The notes: generated from the letters alone by a model not told the origin. A DNA stretch of 64,000 nucleotides from Candidatus Bathyarchaeia archaeon (GCA_038882655.1 JAVZNT010000002.1:98790-162789); one strand, 5' to 3'. Positions 1 through 11,206 are shown, numbered from the stretch's first letter. Translations and numbers: made by a program.

Positions 1-1
1 T

Positions 2-265
2 ATAATTTCTTACAAAATTTTCCCGACGGACATAACAGTAAACTTCGAGAATTTGAAAAAGAAGATTGAGGCTTCTCTGCCTGAATTCGCAACTATATAT
101 GGTTACGACGAAGAGCCTATAGCCTTCGGCCTAAACGCCTTGATTTGCGCTATCAAAATTCCAGAGGACAAGAGTGGAGTGCTTGAAGAGTTGGAAAAAC
201 GATTTGAACAGATAAGCGAAATAAGCCAAGTGCAAACAGTAATGGTTAGAAGGATAAGCAGATAA
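2..265 (+). CDS. ef1b: Translation elongation factor 1-beta (5' truncated by window edge)
   Basis: Frame open from position 2 (IISYKIFPTD...); EEPIAFGLNAL motif typical of aEF-1beta. Confidence 0.93.
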   Translation: MISYKIFPTDITVNFENLKKKIEASLPEFATIYGYDEEPIAFGLNALICAIKIPEDKSGVLEELEKRFEQISEISQVQTVMVRRISR

Positions 266-274
266 GGTTAAACC

Positions 275-282
275 TTTATATA
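275..282 (+). promoter_or_regulatory. Putative TATA box for cdc48
   Basis: TTTATATA in the intergenic gap, about 55 nt upstream of the GTG start. Confidence 0.5.
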
Positions 283-335
283 GAAATTTAACGTGTTTCG
301 AAGCAGAGCAACCAATCTTATGGGAAGGGTTTTAG

Positions 336-2507
336 GTGAGCGAAGTTCAGCTTCGAGTCGGAGATGCAAGACAGAGGGATGTCGGCAGAGGAATAGCTAG
401 ACTAGACCAGAGAACAATGCAGAAGCTAGGCATAAGCGCTGGCGACGTAATAGAAATAGTCGGCAAAAGAACAACATCGGCCATAGCATGGCCAGCCTAT
501 AGCGAAGACCAAAACCGCGACATAATACGCATAGACGGGTTCACCCGCAAAAACGCCGGAGTAGCCATAAACGAATATGTCATGATAAGGCCGGCAAAGG
601 TTAAAGAGGCTCTAAACGTCACACTCGCGCCGGTGGACATGCGCCTAAACGTGGATGAAGACTTTACAAACTTTGTCAAAAATCGCTTAATGGAAAGAAC
701 ATTAGTTGAAGGGGACACAACCCTTGTTATGATGCTTGGTCACGCAATACCCTTCGTTGTAACGAAAACCCGTCCCCATGGCATTGTGAAGGTTACTCCT
801 GAAACCAAACTGACAATTCTTAGCGAGCCAGCCCCCGAAGGGAAAGGAGTGCCAAGAACAACCTACGAGGATATAGGCGGCTTACATGAGGAGATTCAAA
901 GAGTGCGCGAGATGGTGGAGCTTCCACTGAGGCATCCGGAGCTCTTCCAAAGGCTCGGCATAGAACCGCCAAAGGGAGTGCTGCTGCATGGACCGCCGGG
1001 CTGCGGTAAGACTTTGCTAGCTAGGGCTGTGGCAAACGAGTCAGAGGCCAACTTCTTCTCCATAAACGGACCAGAAATAATGAGCAAATTCTACGGTGAG
1101 TCTGAAGCGCGTCTTAGGGAGATTTTCCAACAAGCTCAGCAGAATGCTCCAAGCATAATATTCATTGACGAGCTGGACGCCATAGCCCCAAAAAGGGAAG
1201 AGGTAACAGGCGAAGTTGAAAGACGTGTCGTGGCGCAACTTTTAGCATTAATGGATGGATTATCCGGAAGAGGAAATGTCATAGTAATAGGCGCAACCAA
1301 CAGACCTAACGCTCTTGATCCGGCTCTCCGCCGGCCAGGAAGGTTTGACAGAGAGATCGAGATAGGCGTTCCAGACAAGCAAGGAAGATATGAGATCCTC
1401 CAGATTCACACCCGTGGAATGCCGCTTGCTGAAGATGTGGACCTTAAAAAGCTTGCTGAAATGACTCATGGATATACCGGCGCAGACTTAGCAGCACTTT
1501 GCAGAGAGACCGCCATGAAGGCGTTAAGACGATATTTGCCGCAGATTAACCTTGAAGAAGAGCGCATACCACCGGAAGTCCTGGAAAAAATGGAGGTCAA
1601 AATGGAAGATTTCTTGAACGCGTATAAAGAAGTTACGCCGACAGCCATGCGAGAAGTGTACGTTGAAGTCCCAGCGGTTCACTGGGAAGACATCGGTGGG
1701 CTAGAGGAGGTTAAGCAAGAGCTGAGAGAGGCTGTTGAGTGGCCTCTAAAGCATCCCGGCATCTTCAAAAAGATGGGAATAAAGCCTCCTAAAGGAATAC
1801 TGCTTTACGGGCCCCCAGGCTGCGGTAAGACACTACTGGCTAGGGCTGTAGCAACAGAGAGCGAAGCCAACTTCATAACAATTAAGGGCCCAGAAGTCTT
1901 TTCCAAATGGGTTGGAGAATCTGAAAAAGCCATAAGAGAAGTCTTTAGAAAAGCACGAATGGCAGCACCAGCAGTAATATTCTTTGATGAAATTGATTCA
2001 CTTGTGCCCCGTCGAGGATTGGGCTTTGCAGACAGCGGCGTAACAGAACGAGTAATAAGCCAACTTCTAACGGAAATGGATGGCATAGTGACCCTAGAAG
2101 ACATAGTTGTTATAGCTGCAACCAACAGACCAGACATAGTTGACCCAGCAGTGCTTCGCCCCGGAAGATTTGATAGGCTAATATATGTGCCAGAACCAGA
2201 CGAGAAAAGTCGTCTCCAAATATTCAAAATCTACACCAAGAATATGCCCCTCGCAAGGGACATAAGCCTAGAAACTTTAGCCGCCATGACAAAGAACTAT
2301 TCCGGTGCAGACATTGAAGCTGTCTGCAGAGAAGCAGCTATGCAAGCCTTAAGAAGAGATATGAACGCAAAAGAAGTCACAATGAAAGACTTTGAAGAGG
2401 CTTTGAAGCGCATAGGGCCTTCCATAACACCTGACATGGAGAAATGGTACAAGAGCTTCATGCAGCAAGTCCGACAAGTACAAAAGCCCGCAACACCAGT
2501 AGCCTAG
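336..2507 (+). CDS. cdc48: CDC48/VCP family AAA+ ATPase
   Basis: N-domain plus two AAA modules with GPPGCGKT Walker A, IFIDE/IFFDE Walker B and RPGRFDR. Confidence 0.97.
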   Translation: MSEVQLRVGDARQRDVGRGIARLDQRTMQKLGISAGDVIEIVGKRTTSAIAWPAYSEDQNRDIIRIDGFTRKNAGVAINEYVMIRPAKVKEALNVTLAPVDMRLNVDEDFTNFVKNRLMERTLVEGDTTLVMMLGHAIPFVVTKTRPHGIVKVTPETKLTILSEPAPEGKGVPRTTYEDIGGLHEEIQRVREMVELPLRHPELFQRLGIEPPKGVLLHGPPGCGKTLLARAVANESEANFFSINGPEIMSKFYGESEARLREIFQQAQQNAPSIIFIDELDAIAPKREEVTGEVERRVVAQLLALMDGLSGRGNVIVIGATNRPNALDPALRRPGRFDREIEIGVPDKQGRYEILQIHTRGMPLAEDVDLKKLAEMTHGYTGADLAALCRETAMKALRRYLPQINLEEERIPPEVLEKMEVKMEDFLNAYKEVTPTAMREVYVEVPAVHWEDIGGLEEVKQELREAVEWPLKHPGIFKKMGIKPPKGILLYGPPGCGKTLLARAVATESEANFITIKGPEVFSKWVGESEKAIREVFRKARMAAPAVIFFDEIDSLVPRRGLGFADSGVTERVISQLLTEMDGIVTLEDIVVIAATNRPDIVDPAVLRPGRFDRLIYVPEPDEKSRLQIFKIYTKNMPLARDISLETLAAMTKNYSGADIEAVCREAAMQALRRDMNAKEVTMKDFEEALKRIGPSITPDMEKWYKSFMQQVRQVQKPATPVA

Positions 2508-2518
2508 GAGAAAACAGA

Positions 2519-2746
2519 ATGCCAACGAAAATATGGAAAACTCAACCCATCTACCACACATTACTTGAAATTCTAAAAAAGAAAGGCGCCATGACAGACA
2601 CAGAGCTCTTTGAATACCTAAGCGAGGAGTTCAAAGACATTGGGTACAAAGACTTCAACAAAGCGCTCATGCAACTTGAAATAGGCGGAAAAATACGCAC
2701 AACATCCCTTGTCCGCGGAAAGAAAAGAGTCGAGCTCATAGCCTAA
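2519..2746 (+). CDS. Small winged-helix protein
   Basis: ATG at 2519 after GGAG; pattern LLEILKKKGAMTDTEL...FNKALMQLEIGGKI fits a wHTH; directly follows cdc48. Confidence 0.75.
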   Translation: MPTKIWKTQPIYHTLLEILKKKGAMTDTELFEYLSEEFKDIGYKDFNKALMQLEIGGKIRTTSLVRGKKRVELIA

Positions 2747-2785
2747 TTTTTCCAAAGAATTTTTGAGTTTTAAACGTGTAAACAG

Positions 2786-4009
2786 ATGGAAAACTTTTCA
2801 GACGTAATAGTTGTTGGAGGAGGCTCATGCGGTTCCTTCAGTGCCCTAAACCTTTCAAAAAGGGGTATCAACGTAACAGTCTTTGAAGAACATGACGAAA
2901 TCGGTGTTCCACGCCACTGCGCTGGACACATAAGCATTAGCGGGCTAAAAAATCTCGGACTTTACCCTCTACCAGAAGGTATCATGGAGAATACATTTGT
3001 CGGAGCAAAAATTCATTCTCCCAGCGGCACAGCGTTTACAGTTCGATTATCAAAACCAGTAACATGTGCTGTTAACCGCGTCTTGTTCGATAAGTACATC
3101 GCAGAGCTAGCCCAAAAGGCCGGCGCATGCTATACTTTGGGCGCAAGGGTTGAATCTCTAGTATTTGCAAGGGGATTTGTAAAAGGTGTCGTTATTAAGC
3201 GGTATAACAAATTATCTGAATTTTTTGGCAAAATAATTTTAGACGCAGAGGGAATATCTGCAAAACTGCTGAAACAAGCACTATTACCTCAACCAACAAG
3301 CGACAAAATTGTCCGCGGAGCACAGGTTGATGTTGAAAATGTTAAAGATGTCGAAACAGACATAGTCGAGGTCATCCTTGGAAGCAACTACGCCCCGGGT
3401 TTTTATGCTTGGTTAATCCCAAAAAACGAGACGGAAGCAAGAGTAGGGTTAGCAGCTAAAACTGGGAATCCAAGAGCGCTCCTGCAAAGGCTTATAAACA
3501 AGCATCCAACGGTCTCCGCAAAATTGCGAACGGCAAAAATAATCAGAGAATCTTATCATCCAATAACGCTTGGCGGGCCAATACCGAAGGCGTACACCAA
3601 CGGTTTTCTTGTGGTCGGTGATGCAGCCTCGCAAGTGAAGCCGACAACCGGCGGCGGAGTAATATTAGGTTTGAACTGTGCGAAAATCGTCGCCGATGTT
3701 ATCGTAGAAGCCTTGAACAAAAATGATTTTTCAGCAGAATTTTTAAGCGTATATCAGAGGCGCTTCATGAAAATGTTTGGTTTTGATTTGAAAATTATGC
3801 TTAAGATTAGGGAGATGCTGGATACGCTTTCAGACAAAAAGTTAGACAACATCGTAAGCCTTTGTGGAAAAATACAGTTAAATGAAGTCTTAAAAGATTT
3901 GAAGGAAATCGATTTCCAAGGGCGTGCCCTTCTAAAATTGGCGTGGAATCCAAAGGTTTCAACGGCACTAGCCTTCTTTTTTCTTAGTTATCTTTTGGGG
4001 AAACCTTAA
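2786..4009 (+). CDS. Geranylgeranyl reductase family FAD-dependent oxidoreductase
   Basis: VVGGGSCG Rossmann motif, PGFYAWLIP, VGDAASQVKPTTGGG. Confidence 0.88.
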   Translation: MENFSDVIVVGGGSCGSFSALNLSKRGINVTVFEEHDEIGVPRHCAGHISISGLKNLGLYPLPEGIMENTFVGAKIHSPSGTAFTVRLSKPVTCAVNRVLFDKYIAELAQKAGACYTLGARVESLVFARGFVKGVVIKRYNKLSEFFGKIILDAEGISAKLLKQALLPQPTSDKIVRGAQVDVENVKDVETDIVEVILGSNYAPGFYAWLIPKNETEARVGLAAKTGNPRALLQRLINKHPTVSAKLRTAKIIRESYHPITLGGPIPKAYTNGFLVVGDAASQVKPTTGGGVILGLNCAKIVADVIVEALNKNDFSAEFLSVYQRRFMKMFGFDLKIMLKIREMLDTLSDKKLDNIVSLCGKIQLNEVLKDLKEIDFQGRALLKLAWNPKVSTALAFFFLSYLLGKP

Positions 4010-4046
4010 AACCGTATTTTAGCAATGTAGCAGTGGCTGAATCGTT

Positions 4047-4409
4047 ATGAGTGAGTTTCGCTACAAGCAGGTCATAGTTTTTCGATCAGACTTAAAGCTT
4101 AGCAAGGGAAAAGTGGCAGCTCAAGCTGGACACGCGGCTGTGTCTGCGGCTGAGGATGCTCGCAAACATAGGAGAGAGTGGTGGAAGGCTTGGCTAAACG
4201 AGGGGCAGTGCAAGATTGTTGTAAAGGTTAAAAACGAAGCAGAACTTCTAATGCTGGAGAAACAAGCGAAGAAAATGGCTTTACCGTGCGCCCTAATCGT
4301 TGACAGAGGACTGACAGAAATTCCTCCCGGAACTATAACATGTTTGGGGATAGGACCTGCCCCAGCCGAAAAATTTGATAAAATTACTGGAAACCTCCCG
4401 CTTTTATGA
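4047..4409 (+). CDS. pth2: Peptidyl-tRNA hydrolase Pth2
   Basis: KGKVAAQAGHA, DRGLTEIPPGT, GIGP motifs. Confidence 0.96.
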   Translation: MSEFRYKQVIVFRSDLKLSKGKVAAQAGHAAVSAAEDARKHRREWWKAWLNEGQCKIVVKVKNEAELLMLEKQAKKMALPCALIVDRGLTEIPPGTITCLGIGPAPAEKFDKITGNLPLL

Positions 4410-4422
4410 CTGAGGCTCAGCA

Positions 4423-5799
4423 GTGCGCGTTTCAAGACTTGAAAAAAGCATTGGAATTGAGGTTTATGCCACCCGTTCTCCTGGCATTGGAGGCGTGATA
4501 AGGCAATTATGCGAAGATTTTATTGTCGAAGAATTGCTGGTAAACGGCTCAAAAGCGGAAGTTCGCACTTCCAATCTGTCGCTGCCAACCCAAGAAAAGC
4601 CTTCAACTAGCCGTTATTTGCTTTGCATTTTAATTAAGCGAAACTGGGATACCTTCCAAGCTCTTGAGGCTATTGCAGAACAGCTAGGCATAAGCCCACA
4701 AAAAATTCATATAGCTGGAATTAAAGATGCAAAAGCTGTCACCGCTCAACATATAACGATTAAAGACGTGAAGCGGGAAGACGTTAAAAATGTAAGCATC
4801 AAGGACGTAAAAGTTGTCCCGGCTGGCTACTTCCAAACTAAACTCTCGCCGTACTACTTGCTCGGCAACACGTTCCAAATAGTAATACGCGCTATAAGTC
4901 ATACAAAACCAGCTATTCGACAAAGAATAGAAAAAGTTGTGGAAGAAATTGCTGCGTTAGGCGGGGTACCAAACTTTTTTGGGCATCAGCGTTTTGGCAC
5001 AGTTCGCCCGATAACTCACTTGGTTGGAAAAGCCATCGTCAAGGGTGATTTTCGTAAGGCGGCAATGCTTTTTCTCGCCAAATCGTATCCTTTTGAACAT
5101 CAAGAGTCAAGAACTGCCCGTGAAGAGCTTTACCGAACGCAAGACTTTAAGAAAGCCTTGAAATCCTTTTCTAGATCTCTATACTATGAGCACTTGATGC
5201 TTGAGCATCTAGTAAAGAAGCCAGACGACTTCCAAGGTGCCTTCAGAAGATTACCCGTAAAACTTCGTATACTTTTCCCCCAAGCGTATCAAGCGTACTT
5301 ATTTAACAGATTTTTAAGCCGAAGAATCACGTTGGGGTTTCCCTTAAACGCTGCGGAAGTCGGAGATCACGTGATTAGAATCGAGACTACTGGATTGCCA
5401 AGCCAGATGCTGCGCGAAATTGCAATTCAAGCGAAACTATCTGAAATAAACAATGCAATAGCCTCCGGAAAGATGCGCTTAGCAATTCCGTTAGTTGGTT
5501 TTAGGCAACACTTATCAGGAGGCGCCCAAGGCGAAATTGAAAAAAAGATTTTGGAGGAAGAAGGCATAGCCCCCGAGAACTTTAAGATAAAAGGGATGCC
5601 GGAACTGAACCTAAAAGGTGGCTTACGCACAGCCTTAACAACATCAAAAGATTTTAAAGTAGAGGAAATATCCGAAGACTCTGCTAATCCTCAGAAGAAC
5701 ATGGTAAAGATAAGCTTTAATTTACACCGCGGATCATATGCTACGGTCTTCTTGAGAGAACTTATGAAACCCCGTAACCCGATTAAGGCAGGATTCTGA
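4423..5799 (+). CDS. truD: tRNA pseudouridine(13) synthase TruD/Pus7
   Basis: EDFIVEE, AGIKDAKAVTAQ (catalytic Asp), PNFFGHQRFG, GSYATVFLRE. Confidence 0.96.
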   Translation: MRVSRLEKSIGIEVYATRSPGIGGVIRQLCEDFIVEELLVNGSKAEVRTSNLSLPTQEKPSTSRYLLCILIKRNWDTFQALEAIAEQLGISPQKIHIAGIKDAKAVTAQHITIKDVKREDVKNVSIKDVKVVPAGYFQTKLSPYYLLGNTFQIVIRAISHTKPAIRQRIEKVVEEIAALGGVPNFFGHQRFGTVRPITHLVGKAIVKGDFRKAAMLFLAKSYPFEHQESRTAREELYRTQDFKKALKSFSRSLYYEHLMLEHLVKKPDDFQGAFRRLPVKLRILFPQAYQAYLFNRFLSRRITLGFPLNAAEVGDHVIRIETTGLPSQMLREIAIQAKLSEINNAIASGKMRLAIPLVGFRQHLSGGAQGEIEKKILEEEGIAPENFKIKGMPELNLKGGLRTALTTSKDFKVEEISEDSANPQKNMVKISFNLHRGSYATVFLRELMKPRNPIKAGF

Positions 5800-5817
5800 G
5801 AAGAAGCAATTAAAAAT

Positions 5818-6990
5818 CTACTTTATAATTCTTTCAGCGTTCTCTAGTATCTCCATCTTTCTGTTCGCTGGCAAGACAACGTTTGCAGCGTATTGATGGC
5901 CATCAGCCATTCCAAAACCCTCAGAGGCTTTTTCTAGAAGGTTAACAGCTCCCGGTAGTTTTCTGCTATCAATTAGTTGTTGCATGGTCTTAGGCACACG
6001 AACAGAAGCCTTTACAAACTTTTCCTTGAGTTTTCCCCACTTCGGTATTTCAGGCGGCACGTTGACAAAGCCCAGTATATACTTGTTGGGCTTTATTAGC
6101 CGTGCTTGATAAGATAGGAAAGAGCAGAATTGCCCGATAACCTTTGTTCCCATACCGGCATACGTATCTCCAGCGTCAAACCATTGAATGCGCTCCGTTT
6201 CCTTAAGCCGCTCACGATATAGCATTCCCAACAGCTTGCGATTAGCCTCTTTCCGCCTCCTTTCTAAAACATTAATTTTCTTCTCTATTTCCGGGTCTAT
6301 CCCTTCTATGCAAGCTCTTATACCCAAATCAGGGCCGTCTTCATAATAGCCAGCAGCACCCAAAATTTGAAGTTTCGAAAATAAATTGTCCACGTTAACC
6401 TTTAACTGTGTGATTTCAAAATTCTTCCCCTTCTTTTGAACTATCCCAGCTTTTAGGGACTCCTCCAAAACAATTCTGTTAATTGCCTTGAAACCTTCTG
6501 GGATTTCGCAACTTCCTACAAGAGCCAAGTACCCTAAATCAGAATTGTCTCTACTTAAAGCCTTTACAAAAAGGTAACAGCAAGTAGCCCCAGAAAAGTC
6601 TGTCTCACCCCTAAAACCAAAATTTTCTAGGTTCAAATCCAAAACTTTTGGGTCCTTGGATACTTTGGGGTCGTGATGGTCTAGTATTATGGTCAAGTTT
6701 CGCCCCTTGTTAAATTCGGATATGAGATCTGCGTGCGAAGAGCCTATATCCACATAAAAAATTGTTTGTCCAGTCTTTAAATGTACATCTTCAATTACTT
6801 CCGCGTAGACTTTCTCTAGACAGAAAATCTTTGTCTTTATTCCTTCTCGCTCCAGAGCTTTTTGGGTTATTGCCGCTGAACATAAGCCATCTGCATCATC
6901 GTGGTGGACAATGATAGCTTCTTTCGGCGCTTCTTTCCTTAAAATTGAGATCACGTTTGTAGCGTACCGTTCAAAATCTTGCAACGACAT
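5818..6990 (-). CDS. DHH family phosphoesterase (RecJ/Cdc45-like)
   Basis: HDDADG, DIGS, LDHH motifs and a C-terminal DHHA1-like DGHQYAA; ATG at 6990 preferred. Confidence 0.85.
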   Translation of the reverse strand: MSLQDFERYATNVISILRKEAPKEAIIVHHDDADGLCSAAITQKALEREGIKTKIFCLEKVYAEVIEDVHLKTGQTIFYVDIGSSHADLISEFNKGRNLTIILDHHDPKVSKDPKVLDLNLENFGFRGETDFSGATCCYLFVKALSRDNSDLGYLALVGSCEIPEGFKAINRIVLEESLKAGIVQKKGKNFEITQLKVNVDNLFSKLQILGAAGYYEDGPDLGIRACIEGIDPEIEKKINVLERRRKEANRKLLGMLYRERLKETERIQWFDAGDTYAGMGTKVIGQFCSFLSYQARLIKPNKYILGFVNVPPEIPKWGKLKEKFVKASVRVPKTMQQLIDSRKLPGAVNLLEKASEGFGMADGHQYAANVVLPANRKMEILENAERIIK

Positions 6991-7000
6991 TTTTAAGCCT

Positions 7001-7534
7001 CTAAGCAATAGTTTTCAAAAGATCTGAACGAGTTATTATTCCAATAACTTTTTTGCCTCTTGCCACTAAAACCCCTTGTCGACGCTCAAGCAGTGGGCGT
7101 ACAGCGTTGATGCTTGCTTCTTCTGATACTACTGGCAGTGGCGGATCCATGATATTTCTAACCTTCTCATTTGCTATATTTGAACCAAGTTTTCTAATTA
7201 TGCTTTCTTCCGTTATTGTCCCAACAACTTTATGTCCATCAATGACTGGCATTTGGGATATGGCATGCCTAACCATTATTTCGCTAACCTTCAACACATT
7301 ATCTTCTGGTCGTGCGAAAAGCACACCTCTCGTCATTAATTCTCTACACTTTACTTCTTTCCCCTCAGTTAAGACTTTCAAAATCTTATTAACCGTTGAC
7401 AGTCTAGGGTCAACTTTCCCTTGTTCTATTTTCGCAATATGCGCTTGTGAAACCCCTACAAGTTCTGCCAGGTTCTTCTGGGTTAGCTTAGCTTCTATCC
7501 GCAGTTTTCTAAGCATGGAGCCTGTTATTATCAA
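7001..7534 (-). CDS. XRE-type HTH transcriptional regulator with a CBS pair
   Basis: LTQKNLAELVGVSQAHIAKIEQG HTH followed by two CBS repeats. Confidence 0.92.
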   Translation of the reverse strand: MIITGSMLRKLRIEAKLTQKNLAELVGVSQAHIAKIEQGKVDPRLSTVNKILKVLTEGKEVKCRELMTRGVLFARPEDNVLKVSEIMVRHAISQMPVIDGHKVVGTITEESIIRKLGSNIANEKVRNIMDPPLPVVSEEASINAVRPLLERRQGVLVARGKKVIGIITRSDLLKTIA

Positions 7535-7637
7535 TAATAACCACCAGTTATTCTAAATGCAAAGTTAATACAGCAAAATATATATTTTTGTTTCACACAT
7601 AAAACCGAAACTTCACGTGTGTTAATGGAGGATTGGC

Positions 7638-8846
7638 TTGCGAAACATAATAGTTGAAAGGTTAAGACAGACCCCCCTTGAAAAGCAAAGACTGGAAATA
7701 GTGGAAAGGAAGGGTTTAGGTCATCCGGACTACATTTGCGACGCTGTTATGGAGCAAATATCCCTACGTTTAAGCAAGGAATACTTGGAGAAAGCTGGCA
7801 CAATACTCCACCATAACGTGGATAAATCCCTACTTGTAGCTGGGCAGTCTGAGCTCAAATTTGGAGGAGGCATCATAAAGCAGCCAATGCTCTTCGTTTT
7901 CGGCGACAGAGCCACCGCAGAGTTCGATGGCATAAAAATAAACGTTGAAGAAATAGCCATAAACGTTGCGAAGGAATGGTTCAAGAGAAACATGCGCTTT
8001 GTAGATCCGGAAAAGCACGTAAAATATCAAGTGGAACTTAAACCAGGTTCAGCAGGATTAGTAGACATTTTCAAGCGCAAGGGTAAAGTTTTGGGGGCTA
8101 ACGACACATCCGCCGCCGTTGGTTATGCGCCAATGACAAGAACTGAGAAAATAGTGCTAAAAACAGAAAGGTTCTTGAACTCAAAGGAGTTTAAGCAACG
8201 CCACCCAGAGTCTGGCGAAGACATAAAGGTTATGGGTTCACGGAACAATAATAATCTAAACTTAACGGTATCAATGGCTTTTGTGGATCACTTCATAAGC
8301 AGCGAAGAGGACTATTTCGAGAAAAAGGCGAAAATCCTTGAGGAAATTAATAGATTTGTTAGAGCAAATACGGATTTCGAAAAAATAAACGTTCAATTAA
8401 ACACTTTGGATGTTCATGGCAGAGGAATCGATGGTGTATACCTAACTGTCTTAGGAACGAGCGCAGACAGCGGAGACTCTGGGCAAGTTGGCAGAGGAAA
8501 CCGCGTAAACGGTTTAATATCCTTAAATCGGCCATTCTGTTCAGAAGCGGCTGCTGGCAAAAACCCTGTAAGTCATGTTGGAAAAATATACAATGTTCTA
8601 ACGTTCAGAGTGGCGCAACATGTCTACACTGAAGTGCCAGAACTTGAGGAGGTTTACATATGGCTTTTAAGCGAAATTGGTCGCCCAATCGACCAGCCAG
8701 CAATTGCCGCAGCACAAGTTGTAATGGCGGAAAACAGTTCACTTGACAAAGCTAAAAGTAAGATAGAGGCTGTATTAGAATATGAGCTGGAAAACATAGA
8801 AAAGTTCTGCATGGAGCTGGCCGAAGGGAAAATTTCAATCTGCTAG
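7638..8846 (+). CDS. mat: Archaeal S-adenosylmethionine synthetase
   Basis: VERKGLGHPD, GANDTS, GEDIKVMG, GQVGRGNRVNG, GKNPVSHVGKIYN. Confidence 0.96.
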   Translation: MRNIIVERLRQTPLEKQRLEIVERKGLGHPDYICDAVMEQISLRLSKEYLEKAGTILHHNVDKSLLVAGQSELKFGGGIIKQPMLFVFGDRATAEFDGIKINVEEIAINVAKEWFKRNMRFVDPEKHVKYQVELKPGSAGLVDIFKRKGKVLGANDTSAAVGYAPMTRTEKIVLKTERFLNSKEFKQRHPESGEDIKVMGSRNNNNLNLTVSMAFVDHFISSEEDYFEKKAKILEEINRFVRANTDFEKINVQLNTLDVHGRGIDGVYLTVLGTSADSGDSGQVGRGNRVNGLISLNRPFCSEAAAGKNPVSHVGKIYNVLTFRVAQHVYTEVPELEEVYIWLLSEIGRPIDQPAIAAAQVVMAENSSLDKAKSKIEAVLEYELENIEKFCMELAEGKISIC

Positions 8847-8937
8847 TCGCAATCAAAATTTTCAGCGCGTACACTTTAATGCTTTAAATGCTTAAATTGC
8901 AGTTACTTTAAACGTAAAGAGTGAGAGGGTAAACATC

Positions 8938-9198
8938 TTGACAGAAACTAGTGAAAAGTTGCCCATTTCCAATTTTTATAAGGTAATCGATTATATTACA
9001 ATTTTTAAGAGTGAAAAATGGTGGGAAGCCATAGTAATTTTTGAATCCTTTGGAAAGTGCTCTATTGGAATGTATCTTTGGCAAAAGAAAGATGGCGTTT
9101 GGAAAAGGAAGCATAAGTTCAATGTGAGAAACATGGAGGAGTGGAATAGGCTTAAGGATGCCATAGAGAAGCTTGCGCCTAAATTATTACAAAGGTAA
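8938..9198 (+). CDS. Hypothetical protein, possible PC4/YdbC-like fold
   Basis: Aromatic beta-rich sequence YLWQKKDGVWKRK...NMEEWNRLKDAI; SD-like GAGGGT upstream. Confidence 0.65.
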   Translation: MTETSEKLPISNFYKVIDYITIFKSEKWWEAIVIFESFGKCSIGMYLWQKKDGVWKRKHKFNVRNMEEWNRLKDAIEKLAPKLLQR

Positions 9199-9287
9199 AC
9201 CTAATTCTGAATTCTTATTCTAAATACGAATCCAAAATTGAATAATTTTATTAATTCACACATCCAAATCTCAAAGAGGCGATTAGC

Positions 9288-9662
9288 ATGGAAGTTGAAG
9301 AGACACAAGAAGAAATCCAGTTTAGCGCAGGTTCAGATGAACAGGGACTTGAACAAACGACACAAGAACAAGTGTTAGAACAGAAGGAACTCGAACAAAA
9401 AGAGCATGGAAGACAGCCGGAAGTAAACGATCAGAATGATAAAAGCAGCTTTATACACGGGCTTTCCGTAGGCTTAGGGTTGGGTTGTATCTCAACTTTC
9501 ATTATAATGTGGGTTGTGGTCTTCTTCACCCCACAAATGCCGCCGACATTAACCTATGAATCCATGCTTTCAATGTTCATCTATCCAATGCTATACCTGT
9601 TGGCAGTGGGGCTTGTTGCATTAACAGCTGGCATAGTAAGAGAATATTATGTCAGAAAATAG
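9288..9662 (+). CDS. Hypothetical membrane protein with acidic N-terminus
   Basis: Glu/Gln-rich N-terminus followed by two hydrophobic helices. Confidence 0.7.
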   Translation: MEVEETQEEIQFSAGSDEQGLEQTTQEQVLEQKELEQKEHGRQPEVNDQNDKSSFIHGLSVGLGLGCISTFIIMWVVVFFTPQMPPTLTYESMLSMFIYPMLYLLAVGLVALTAGIVREYYVRK

Positions 9663-9753
9663 CGACGGTTTTAACTCTTTACTTTATGTTTCGATTCATC
9701 CACATTAAAAACAATTTTATAGCCTTGAAACACCTAAATTTAATTGTGAAGGT

Positions 9754-10383
9754 ATGCCGAGCGAAATTAAGAAACTTTTAGAGAAAATTGTTGGCGAAAG
9801 AGCATCAGGACCAGCATCTACGTTTTCTGTTTTACATGTGTTACGTGCAATAGAGCTTATTTCTGAAAAACCAGTTGGACGGGGCAAACTTGCCGAAGAG
9901 TTAAGGGTTGGCGGAGGCGCTGTACGCACAATCATAAATCGATTAAAGAAAACTGGAATTATTTCGACATCCAAAGCAGGTTGTCAACTAACCGTCAAAG
10001 GACTGAAACTTTTCGAAGAATATAAGAAAATATTTGGAAAACGAGCTAAAATAGAGAAAGCTAAACTTATGTCTACACCCTTCAACTCTGCCATATTAGC
10101 TAAAAACTGCGGAGATAAGGTTAAATTGGGCATAGAACAGCGAGACGCTGCAGTTAGAGCAGGCGCAAAAGGCGCCACTACAATAATTTTCAAGAATGGA
10201 CTATTAATTATTCCATCAGTTTGTGATGACCTTTCAAGGGATTATCCAAAAATTGCCGAAGAGTTGATTGCACTTCTACAACCTGAGGAAAACGATGTTA
10301 TTGTAGTTGCTGGTGCCGACAGCTCAGAGCTGGCAGAGTATGGAGCTACGGCTGCAGTATGGACCTTTTTTGACGATTGTTAG
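9754..10383 (+). CDS. HTH transcriptional regulator, DUF4443-type
   Basis: VGRGKLAEELRVGGGAVRTII HTH; GIEQRDAAVRAGAKGATT C-terminal motif. Confidence 0.8.
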   Translation: MPSEIKKLLEKIVGERASGPASTFSVLHVLRAIELISEKPVGRGKLAEELRVGGGAVRTIINRLKKTGIISTSKAGCQLTVKGLKLFEEYKKIFGKRAKIEKAKLMSTPFNSAILAKNCGDKVKLGIEQRDAAVRAGAKGATTIIFKNGLLIIPSVCDDLSRDYPKIAEELIALLQPEENDVIVVAGADSSELAEYGATAAVWTFFDDC

Positions 10384-11141
10384 TATGTGTACTTATCTCC
10401 ACATGCAAGTATACGCTCCAAAGCCATGTTGAAGTTGATAATGCCTTCATTTGTCTTCGCCGAGACCGGGAGGAGGAGGAACTTTAAGCCAAGCTGGTAA
10501 ATCGCCTTCATCATGTTTCTGCTTAAGAGACGCTTTGTTCCCTCAAGTTTTTGTTCTATGGCCACCTCCAAGGCTTTCGGATTCGCCGACCAATCTACAA
10601 TTTTGTTAACGTTATTCTCTGGAAGCAAGTCGCATTTTGAAAGCACGTGCAGTTGAGGTAATAGAAAACGGTTGTAAACAGCCGCGGAAAGAAACAGATT
10701 TGAAACGTAATTCAGCGGGTCTAGCGAAAATACAGCATCAAAGAGGTAGACTATGACCTTTGGCTCCTTTGTAAGCTCGCCGGCTATATAAGGTCCGCTT
10801 GCCCTAAACGCAAACAACTCCATCTGTCCTGGAGTGTCAACTAAAACAATGTCTGATTTCAAATCCTCCACATTCCTTGAAATGTTTTCAATTTCATCTG
10901 CAAGAAGATCTGCAGCCATAATTAAAGCACCATTGGGTCCCAAACCATACTCTTCCATGATCTTGTCCACGCTTATATAGTCGCGGGCGTCCACATCAGG
11001 CGAGTAAGGTAGTGTTAGGGCTCCGGGGTCTAAATTTACTATCGCAACATCTTGCTTTGACAACCTTAACCATTCGCTAAAGGCTGCTGTGAATAGAGAC
11101 TTTCCAGAGCCGGCTGTTCCAATGATAAACACAATAAACAT
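10380..11141 (-). CDS. GPN-loop GTPase
   Basis: GTAGSGKS, NLDPG, GLGPNGAL, DTPGQME. Confidence 0.94.
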   Translation of the reverse strand: MFIVFIIGTAGSGKSLFTAAFSEWLRLSKQDVAIVNLDPGALTLPYSPDVDARDYISVDKIMEEYGLGPNGALIMAADLLADEIENISRNVEDLKSDIVLVDTPGQMELFAFRASGPYIAGELTKEPKVIVYLFDAVFSLDPLNYVSNLFLSAAVYNRFLLPQLHVLSKCDLLPENNVNKIVDWSANPKALEVAIEQKLEGTKRLLSRNMMKAIYQLGLKFLLLPVSAKTNEGIINFNMALERILACGDKYTY

Positions 11142-11206
11142 TTTAGTTCACTTATATATGTTGATTTTACTTAATAACTCATATTTAGTGGTAAAAACTT
11201 TTTCCG

